Positions 54,625-64,000 of a stretch of DNA of 64,000 bases are shown piece by piece. Both the position numbers and the translations under genes were made by a program. Each line of letters starts with the position of its first letter. Within the stretch, counting starts at the first letter, position 1. Source of the DNA: Lama guanicoe (lineage: Eukaryota); assembly GCA_013239625.1 (NCBI GenBank), contig MU054132.1, forward strand, positions 992,001 through 1,056,000, given 5' to 3'. The notes below the pieces were generated by a model that made no database searches, was not told the DNA's origin, and saw only the letters and a program-made list of their open reading frames with translations.

Positions 54625-54738
54625 TTTCCCAGCAGGCGGCTTCTGCGCACTGCCCGTTGGGCCGGCTGCTTTAGTGACTGCGTTAGGTTCAGGCTTTCGA
54701 GCTGGAGCAGCTGCCTCTGTTTTTTTCTCTACTTTGGC
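54625..54738 (-). CDS. MAP4: MAP4 degenerate-repeat cassette exon ([38 protein letters not shown])
   Basis: 114 nt, phase 0-0, AG and GTGAGT boundaries. Confidence 0.93.
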
Positions 54739-56203
54739 CTGGATGGAGATAAAGGGAGTGCAAATTTCAAATCAAGAGGATAAGAGCCCAAATGCTAAGA
54801 CAGGAAGGAGGCTGCAAGGGACTGCAATCCAGGCCAGGGTACCACGCAGAGGCAGGTCACTCCTGCTCCTAGGAGAAAACACCTTACACGGGGCAGACCA
54901 AGCCGGAGGGAGAGGGGCTATAGACCATATGAGGAAGAGGTCAAGACACGCTTTGTGGAGAAAAGGCAGGAAGGAGGGCTAAGTGAGCGATTCTCTTCTG
55001 AGGGGGCACCGGGGCTGTCATTCTCCAATCACAACCCCCTGCCCCTACAATGTTTTGACAAGCCCCAAACAAGCTGCGTGGTCACCACGAGTCACTACTG
55101 ATGACGGAGAGTGTCACACCCTCAGGTATGCTGGAACAGAAAATACTTTCATCACCAGACTGAGTTACTCAACCCACCACCTAGACCTCCTGCAGCCCTG
55201 GCACCATGAAAGCCTAAGAAGGACACAGAGACAGGGAGGGGCCAGCAGCACTGTAGCCCCAGACACCTGGTTGATACACTAGAGCCATAATCTCTTAGCA
55301 AAAGCAATTTTAAGGCCTTTATCCCGAACTAATTCCACCTTTCTTTCACTGTCTTCCAACAGTACCAGGACTGCCGCATTTTGGACCCTCTTCAATTTTT
55401 TAACTGCTCTGGATTGAAGCAAGTTAGGTACTTTACCCTGAGAGGGGGGCAGCGGTGGTGGAGGTTTAATGCTAGAGAATGATGCAGGAGAGGACAAGTT
55501 ACTGCTCCAGGGACTTCAGCTTGGACTTTTGCCACCACCTTTTTCACACACCATATCCCCATGGCTGCTAAGTTAGCAGATAATTGCAGGGTGGCTGCAC
55601 CCAGAAAATCCTTAAAGTGAAGCACTGTGGCCTGCCACTCTTCTCCATCATGACACTCTGTCGTGGTCCTTTTGTTTAGGAAAGCCAGAGACTCGCAGCA
55701 GCAAGTCACCCTGGCCACAAGAGGACACCCAAGTCCTCCTGCAGACAAGACTCTCGACCCTGGGTGTGGCTTTGGGATGGAGGTGGTCCACCTTCTGCCT
55801 ATCCTGAGACTCACAGTGCCAGGTAAGAACCATGACAAAGCAGGTACACACCCAGGGTCTCACACCTCTGCAAGCCTCAGAGGCCTCCTGTTTGTTTTGT
55901 AAAGCAGAACCCTTTTGCCTCCAAACAAAAATGCAAGCTTAAACTCCAGAATGCAGAACAGCAGCACCTCTGACTGAAGTGAGAAGAGAAAGCCCAGAGC
56001 TCAGCCCACCTCTTCTCCCTGCTGCCAGGAGGCAGAGCCTGGGCTGAAATTCCTGACACTGAATCCCATGACCTGACTGACTTCCCCCTTTCTTGCTGGG
56101 CCCCTTGGGCTGATATGAGGACATGCCCGGGGAACAACAGGTGATGTGGTAGGGAAGGAAGCAGGGGCCAGCATGCTGAGGACCCCAAGTTCCCTGGACT
56201 CAC

Positions 56204-56496
56204 CCGGCCTCCTCCAGGCTGATGCTTGATGTTTTCCGTGGAGCCTACTTTGGAGCGGACGTTCTTCAGATCAGGGGCAGAAGCATTGGTAGCCAGGCGG
56301 CCCAGCCTCGGGGCAGAGGAGCTGGGCTTGGCTGTCGTAGGCTTCTTGTCTGTGGAAGGAGTCCCGGGCGGCCGGGGTGGCGTGGTCGTGGGCTTGACTC
56401 GACTGGGAGCCGCCCCTGCCAGGGGAGCCGCCCCAGGGACAGCTGCATTTTTCTTCACGGAACTGGTGGAGGTGCTCTTTGGGCGATTCAAGTCAG
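56204..56496 (-). CDS. MAP4: MAP4 exon: end of Pro-rich region plus first repeat (…[19 protein letters not shown])
   Basis: 293 nt, AG and GTGAGT boundaries. Confidence 0.96.
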
Positions 56497-56617
56497 CTGC
56501 AAAAGCAGGAGTGAGAGACAACCAGTGTTCAGGGGACAGAGCAAGAGCGAGCCTTGAAGCCATAGAAGAGGTGGGGGTTTAAATCAGGCTTCCATGAGGT
56601 GGGGAACGGGGTCTCAC

Positions 56618-56677
56618 CTGGTGCAGACTTTGTAGCCATCCTCTTGATGTCCGCAGGCTTCCCCTCAGTCTTGACAG
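56618..56677 (-). CDS. MAP4: MAP4 exon (VKTEGKPADIKRMATKSAP)
   Basis: 60 nt, phase 1-1. Confidence 0.92.
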
Positions 56678-57205
56678 CTGCACAAATGTATGCTTATTTT
56701 AATATCACGTTAAATAAACTGACCTACTGAAGGGCTCATCCAGCACTGAGACTGTGTTGTGCTTGTTTCTGGGAACTGAGTAGTGAATTAGACAGCCATG
56801 TAACTACCATGCCTTGATGGAGTGCCCAGGGCCAGGCAGTGAGTCTTACTCCTTCCTCTACAGTCTGGGCAATGCCCTCCACTTGGCCTTTCTTTGAATG
56901 GCCTATTTCTTATCAAGAAAGCCCAGGACCACAATGTGCTGGGTGCTGTGGAGTTAAGACATGAACAGTAAATACTGTCTGGAGACTCATAAGGCCTCTT
57001 CACTTAAGGTTTTTCTGAATACACATCCCTGCTAATCTCATATGGAGGCTGATGCTGCACTTTTCAATGGACCCCATTAAGGACTGGTGCACAAGCAGGT
57101 CTGCACAGCCATCTGTGATGTTGGCTGGAGCTACTGCTGGGGCAAAGCCAAGGCTTCACTCTCCTCCCCATTGGTTCCCGGGGAGGGAAGGGTGACAGCA
57201 CTCAC

Positions 57206-57407
57206 CAGGGGGCCTCTTGGGCTGGGTCATGGAGGGGCTCCTACTGCTTGGCCCAGCTGAGGCAAGAGTGGCGGCTGCTGTGGCTTTTGGAACAGGCTGG
57301 GTGCTCTTGGAGCCGGTCCTGACGGCCAGGGCAGAGGCCGGCTTGGATGGCGAGGCCGGCTTGGATGGCGAGGCCCGCTTCTCAGGAATCTTTGTCTCTG
57401 CGACAGG
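57206..57407 (-). CDS. MAP4: MAP4 Pro-rich exon ([26 protein letters not shown]...KRPP)
   Basis: 202 nt, AG and GTGAGT boundaries; contains an 18-bp tandem duplication. Confidence 0.93.
57339..57374. repeat. MAP4: Exact 2x18-bp coding tandem duplication (ASPSKP x2)
   Basis: cggcttggatggcgaggc occurs at 57339-57356 and 57357-57374. Confidence 0.95.
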
Positions 57408-60301
57408 CTGGTAATAGAAAAGTGGGAATAAGAGCTCCAGGTCAGTAACAGTCCCAGTAAGTCAAAGCGAAGGATAGTTCCATATAAGCACACACCAGAA
57501 AACACGACGGGTATTGTGGGTTTGGCAGTTACTGATAGAAAAGATCAAAGTTCTCTAGACAACGTGAGAAATGGCCGTGTACAGTGCTGCGTGATCTGGG
57601 GTCCAGAAATGGGGAGTCAAACCACCTTAATCCAACCTGAACCAGTGTGAATAGACAGCCCTGGAAAGTGTCCCACACCACAAACCACATCTGCCTCAAG
57701 AGCTACTGCATTTACATATTAACACATTTAGTGTACTAACACTTGACCGAAGATTAAATAAATACATACATAAACAAAACAAAAAATTAAAAATGTTCAG
57801 TCAAGTGCAGCCATTCTTTTAGCTAAGATGCACCCACTGCATGCTGACCAGTAGGGCCGCAGATGGACAGACTAGTTGCCAAATCAGTCAGATCAGAAGC
57901 TGGAGCTTCCGTCCCAGGCAGGCCCCAACTCACAGTGCGTTCTTGAGGAAATCACTGAGCCTCTCTGGGCTTTATTTCCTCATCAGGATAAAGGAGGTTG
58001 GAACAGAAGCTCTCTAAGAACCAGCTTTGATGACATGTGATGTTAGGGACTGGAGGATGAAAATTCTCTAAGAGCACAGGGACAGTGCGAAGGGGCAGGC
58101 GGAGGGGGCAGGCCTGACCAACAGTGAGAAAGAGGAGACCAATGCCACAGCTCCGACTAAAAGCAAAATGGAAAAGCCTGTCCAGTGTAGACACATTGCA
58201 CCTCGGTCACTCAAGTTCCCCTCCCAAGGAGGCTGGGCACACCATCACTACCCAGGAAGGGAAGAATCAATACGGCCTGCTTTCTACAGGACTAGCGGAT
58301 GAACACACTATCGTGATAAGCAAACATACCATGTCACTCAAGAGAGTAAGCCAAACCACAGACACCGTGGTGCCAGCTCTTATACCCCAAGAGAAATGGC
58401 CACATGGAAGGCAGTATGTTGGTGGAGATAAGCAGGGTATTTTGCTTCATTTCTACAAATGAAGGGCCCAGCGTTGGTGTGAAGAACCCGAAGGTGGGAT
58501 CAGGGAAGGAGTTCAGCTACCAACTCTGTCTGGGGTCCTGTGCAGGGGGATTCCCTCTCTGTCTGCTCTGAAATCTGAGTTCTGTGGACTAAACCCAATG
58601 TTCTAGGGACCTCCTTCAAATTTTCAATAGTATGAGTCAGAATAATCTAGTGGAGTCTTATACTTTGCTAGTAAGAGTAATAATGATAAAATAAGTTAGA
58701 AAGAAGTTACTCAGGACAGAAATCTCTAAAGGATGTGATGTTCTTGAGATGTCTGGCTCTTTGGCCTCAGCAAGCTACAGAACCAGCCTGCTCTCACAGT
58801 TTCTCAAGTTTTATTTTCTCTTCTGCCAGAATCACAGAATCGTATTATTTTTTCTAAATAATTTTCCCCCTTTGTTTGCTCCTATAAATCTTCCTACCAA
58901 ATTAAAGAAAAAAAATCACTTTAGTTTTTATCAATCTCTCAAATGTTTCCATCTATTTCTTATCTAAAATACAAACAGTGATAATTATAAGCCACATCAC
59001 CTCTTCAGGTCAGCTATACCTTAGAATGCTGTCTAAAAAACTGCATGGAAAAAAGCCAGGAAACAAGGGTGTTGAGAGAGGCCTGGAGAACTAGCACGGG
59101 AGTCAGACCCAAGTTCGGACCCAGGATCTGTGGCTCACTAGCGCAGAACCACAGGGAGGTTATTCACCGGAGCTATGGGATGAGGATACCAACACCATGT
59201 CTATAAAGAAACCAGCACAGTACGCCTCATTTCTGTCATTATCACAGTGTGAAATTTCACTAGACAGCACCCCTTCCTTCCCCTGCCCTCCCGTCTTCCC
59301 CAGGATTCGCGGCTGGAGAAGTGTCAGGGAGAAGCTGACACCATGGCTCCAGCCACTGTCCCCCTCTGCCCTCTTATGCAAATAAATTGTTTTCTAAAGA
59401 TCAAGAGGAGCAGTCAAGGGTAAATGAGGATCAGAACGCTTCATGAGATCTTATCGCCGCTGACAGAATTTTGGAGTTTCTTGGTCAGGGTTAAAACATA
59501 GCCTACTGCTCCTCGATTCCCCCAGTTTTCTTTACAAGATTACATGAAAACACTGACATTTTAACATGGGAAACTATTTCCAACCCTGAATTGAAAGGGT
59601 AATATCAGGCTGACCCACAGGCCCCTCTCAAAGAAAACAAGATGTTAAAAAAAAGGCAGCCACAGATTCCACCCACCCACTCCTCCTATAACAATCCTGT
59701 GAAGCTAATGCTGTTCCAAATTGACCAGTTTCTAAGCAATAATGTGTGGGTGACCTGGAAAAATTAAAAAAAAACTTCACTAGGAGCCCAGTGAGAGTTG
59801 GCAGAATGCCAAAAGCAAAGTAAGTTATCACATGATGCTGGGACCCGCCGAGGTAAGCAGGAAGAGCAAATCATAAAAGCAATGGGGAAAGCTCACTTCT
59901 GCAGGATGATTAAGAAAGACAAAGAACTGAATCTGACTGAGAACTTGATGTGGGAATTCTACCAAAAATGAACATCTGATTGGTATGTGGGGAAACTAGT
60001 TAAGTTTTTAAGTAGATGAAGAGTAAGGAGGAGTTGGGAGAGAGAAGAAACCAAAGTAGATGTAGCATTGCCTCCAACCAGGGCAGAGAAAAGGTTCAAA
60101 GTATAAAAGGCCTTCAAATGTTGTAACTGCATCATGGGCCCCCAAACTGATTTTGAAGTCCCCCTCACCCCTTCTTCCTTCCCTTCACCTATTCCACCAG
60201 CCTGCCCTCACTGTCCGGCAGCAAAAAGAGCCTGACTATCTGATGCTCAGAGGGGAAAACTTCTCCCTGGCACGGTGCTCAGGTGCTCAGTGACCACTTA
60301 C

Positions 60302-60517
60302 CTTGGGCTTCACGTCTTTTGAAGGTAAGGTGGAAGGCCTGGCAGTGGTGGCGGCAGGGCGTTTGGGTGGGGCAGCTGGTACTGAGCCTGAAGCAAGGCT
60401 CATGGGTTTTTTATTCGGCCCACCAAAGGTGGTGGGAGCTGGCTGTTTAGGGAGAGAAGTGGGCTGCGTTTTGGCTTTCGTTGTTGAAGTCTTTGCAGGT
60501 TGAGTGGAGGCCAAAGG
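60302..60517 (-). CDS. MAP4: MAP4 Pro-rich 72-aa cassette exon ([10 protein letters not shown]...SKDVKPK)
   Basis: 216 nt, phase 0-0, donor GTAAGT, atypical A-rich AAG acceptor. Confidence 0.93.
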
Positions 60518-61359
60518 CTTTAAGTTGATTTTTTTTTAAAGGCCAACATCAAACACATAGACAAGAATAAAAACAAATTAAAAAAAAAAGTATAAATTGC
60601 ACAATTTAAAGTAAAATTATAAGCAGTGAGAATAGATGCAACTGAAAATTAGCATTCCTTTCTTCTGAGCTCAGTAAATAGTGGAAAGACAGCAGGATGG
60701 AGATAAAGAAAATTGGGAATTATTTCTTAATGACACAAATTCCAGTGTCACAAATTCCAGTAATTTGGTACCTGAAGATTTAAATTCAGTAATAGCTTTA
60801 AACAATTAACTAACTTTTGAAGGTTGTAATAATTCTATTAAGAAAGTCACCAGCTGGTGATTAAGCTATTTATTATCTGTACCTCCATGAGGGAGTATTA
60901 ACATCCTGCTTTAAGATCACACTAAAATGTGGCATCTGTACCCTGCAGTAAGTGTCTGAAGCTATGATCCACCTTAAAAATCTGTGCTCCCTTTCCATGA
61001 ACAAAGACTTCAGCATGGATTTCTGAACAATTCTCCAATTCCGCTTACTATTATTGTTAAGGGAAGCAGAAACAACATCTACAGAAATATTTCTGCAGAT
61101 ATTCAAAATAATAGGATTAAAAAAAAGTCAAAAATAGGAACAAAAATAGGGTCCAAAGCAGGGATTTTTAAGGTCTGAGTCAGAATACCAAGGTAAAGTG
61201 AGAATATAAAATATTTTCTAAGCATGTCCATACTTGAGGAAGGACTCATAATAGCTCAGAAAAATGAAATTTCATCTGCCTGATTCAAGCAATAGTAGCA
61301 GAAGACACTATTTTTAAAAGTTACGGCAGCAGAAGACAGCCCAGCACTCTGGCACCTAC

Positions 61360-61466
61360 CTTTGTTTTCTTCTCTGGGCTTGGTGGGAGCTCCTTGTTTG
61401 GAGGGGCAGTGATGTCATTTCCGGTCACACTCACAGGAGGCCGTCCTTCTTCTGGTTTGGCTGTTC
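61360..61466 (-). CDS. MAP4: MAP4 exon ([35 protein letters not shown]); upstream exons lie beyond the window
   Basis: 107 nt, AG and GTAGGT boundaries; contains the SPEK motif. Confidence 0.93.
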
Positions 61467-62129
61467 CTAAGAGGGGAAAGTTATGCTAAGCAAATGTTTC
61501 TCACACCCATCATGAAAATGCAAGCCTTTAAGGAGACAGACCACTAACGAGCACCTCCTTCTGAAAAACTCCACAGGGCTGTTCTGCTGAAAGTGGACAA
61601 GACTCCCAAGTCCCAGTTATTGTGATGAAGGACAGTTTTAGATGCCACAGATTCAGGCAGCCTGTCCCTGTGGAGAAGCAACCTAAGTGGGATTTGCACA
61701 AATGGTCACTGGAAGAAAATGGCCCTTAAAGTTTTGTTTCCCTTCCCCTGAGACTGGCAAAGCGGTTCTGTCACCCAACCACTAACTCCCAGAGCACACA
61801 GGGGACAAAAACCACTTCTACTAGAGTTTATCTCTTGGAATAAAGGTTGCTGAGAGATGGGATAAGAGCCAGAAGATCATCCAGTGTCCTCTCCTTACTT
61901 CCTTTCCCTCTAAAGCACCACTTTACGGAGGATGTGAGATTAACTTGATCTAGCTCTAGCAGTGACCCAGATTTCCAGCCAGGCTGAGGAGACCCAGGAA
62001 ATCAGACCCAGGACCAGAAATAAAGTCTACTGCCTAAAGCTATCCCCAGCAGCACTACGATGGGGTGGTTACTCCAGATTTTAAATAGTGCTACACCTGA
62101 AAGCATTAAAATACCATGAAATTTATCAC

Positions 62130-62900
62130 CTCTGTATGGGGAAGACCTTTCTAACTGCTATAAAATCCAGAAGCCACAAAAGATAAGCTAGACTTAAGAA
62201 AAATAAAAGGCTTCAATGTGCCTGCCAAAACAATAAGAAAAGTTAAAAGGCAAATGACAAACAAGAAAAAAGTACTGCACCTCACCTCACACCAAAGACA
62301 CAGAGGTTATTACACAAATTACTCCAACAAATCAATGAGTCCTACAGAAGCCAACAACCTGCTAGAAACAAAGCCAAAATAATATGAACACAGTTTACAG
62401 AAAAAGAAGTAAAAATTGCTTTTGAAAATATGTCCAATGAAAATTAAAACTACATTGAGATGCTATTTTTTAAGCCAGCATAATAACCCAACGAAAGTCC
62501 TAAAATTTCGAAGTAGCTGCTGGGGTATCTATGAAACCATATACTACTGGGAAGTGTGTGAAAAAGAACAACGCACATGTGAAGCAGTCTAGCACCATCT
62601 CTGAAAAGTACCAGTGTAGATAAATTCTAATCCAGAAATATAATTACTAGAAATTTACCTTAGAGATATATTCACACACCTGCAAAGTAGCAAGTGTGTA
62701 AGGTCTTCACCAGAGCACTGAAAAGCAAAGGACTGAAACAACCCAGAAGTCTGCTAACAGAAAACTGGGTAAAGCAGATGGCAGAAATATCAATGTAACC
62801 TCTAATCTGAAAAAATAAACCATGATCAAGTGAAAAGAAAAGCAAGGCACAGAACAGTAGGTATAACATGAAACCACTGTCTAGAAAAGACAATGCATTT
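62130..62900 (+). mobile_element. Ancient L1 ORF2 / 3' fragment
   Basis: Degenerate L1 sequence (aaagttaaaaggcaaatgaca...aaattaaaactacattgagatg...). Confidence 0.6.
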
Positions 62901-63019
62901 CTACTGCAAATATATTTGCACATGCATTTTAAAAAGTTTTTAGAAAGATCATGATGAAATAAAACAACGGAGACTTAATTTTGGGATGGGGCACAAAACT
63001 AGGGAGGGTAGGAGGGTTT

Positions 63020-64000
63020 ATTTTAAAACTTTTTGTTTTAAAATAAAGATTCACAGGAAGTTACAAAGTAATGTCCAAGGAGGTTCTGAGTACCCTTTAC
63101 CCAGGTTCCCCCAGTATCAACATCCTGCATAACTACAGGATGCACTATCAAAACCGGGAAACCGATAATGGTACAATCCACAGAGTTTATCAGATTTTTC
63201 CAGCTTTACATGCATTCATGAGTGTGTGTGTGTCTGTGTGCACGTGCACATGTGCACGTAAGCAGTTCTATGCAATTTTATCACACATGTAGCTTTATGT
63301 AACCACTACTAAGAATCAAGACACATTAATCGTTCTGGCCCCACAAAGCTCCCTTATGTTCCCTTTTTATAGTCACCCTACCGCCCCTTCCCTCTCCAAT
63401 CCCTTAATCTCTGACAGCTATTAATCTGCTCTCCATCTCTATATTATTATTTCAAGACTATTATGTAAGAGGAATCATTCCGTGTTGCTACCTGTTGTGC
63501 CTGGCCTCTTTCACCCAGGACAATGCTTGTGAGGTGTACCCACGTTGTTGCATGAGAAGTCCACAGTGTGGCCCTACCACAGGTTAACCATTAATGTACT
63601 GTAGGACATTTTGATCGTTTCTGGCTGACTGCTATTATAAATAAAACTGCTTTGAACATTTATATATAGGATTCTGAGTAGTTTCATTGCTACTATATAG
63701 AAATGCAACTGATTCTTATATGTTGATAGTGTACCTATGCCTTAATGAACTAATTAGTTCTAGGGGGTTTTGGAGTCGATTCCTTGGAATTTGCTATACA
63801 GACAACATGTCATCTACAAATACAGCCAGAATGATTTCTTCCTTTCTAGTATATATGCCTTTGGTTTCCTTTTCTTGCTTTGTTGTGCTAACCGGAACTT
63901 CCAAGACTGTGTTAAGTAAGAGTGGTGAGAGCAGATAGACTTCCTTGTCTTGTTCCTGATTTTAGAGTGAAAATATGCAGTCTTTCACCATTAACTATGA
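63020..64000 (-). mobile_element. L1M 3' end plus L1 ORF2 fragment, antisense
   Basis: ...tatagaaatgcaactgatt...gagtggtgagagcagatag...cttgttcctgattttagagtgaaa...tttcaccatt, the antisense of the RT region seen at 3770-4040. Confidence 0.75.

Noticed and set aside
55437-55471. Possible 35-nt MAP4 intronic poison exon (ctctAG|CATTAA...CAGG|gtaaag)
   Set aside because: Weak donor and no independent support; such pseudo-exons arise by chance.
60731-60762. Short duplication cacaaattccagt x2 with a small hairpin
   Set aside because: Too short and AT-rich to distinguish from replication slippage.

Overview
Mammalian genomic DNA, probably camelid: it carries tRNA-Ala-derived SINEs of the vic-1 type. 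The window covers the conserved SMARCC1 - DHX30 - MAP4 neighbourhood. (1) 1-159 on the minus strand is the start of SMARCC1 coding exon 1 in a CpG island. (2) About 0.9-13.9 kb is repeat-rich intergenic DNA: L1, L2, MIR, MER58, a Tigger-like relic, MLT1, a solo LTR and SINEs. (3) About 14.65-42.4 kb on the plus strand is DHX30, a DEAH/DExH RNA helicase. It has an upstream CpG-island promoter for the MFSLDSFRK isoform and an internal CpG-island promoter whose first exon encodes a mitochondrial-targeting N-terminus. The mitochondrial isoform splices cleanly through 19 GT-AG exons (1205 visible codons), and its stop codon lies in an N gap. (4) About 43.0-61.5 kb on the minus strand is the 3' part of MAP4: proline-rich region, tubulin-binding repeats, three alternative C-termini and two poly(A) regions, tail-to-tail with DHX30. 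I found no wholly new gene system. The most notable observations are an exact 18-bp duplication of the MAP4 CDK1-type SPSK site, a diverged miR-1226-like mirtron intron, a 67-nt G-quadruplex intron lacking a pyrimidine tract, candidate unannotated DHX30 5' exons and uORFs, an atypical acceptor on the 72-aa MAP4 cassette exon, and a polyadenylated fragment nested inside a SINE. Gene identities and human comparisons come from recalled sequences, not database searches. Repeat boundaries are approximate.
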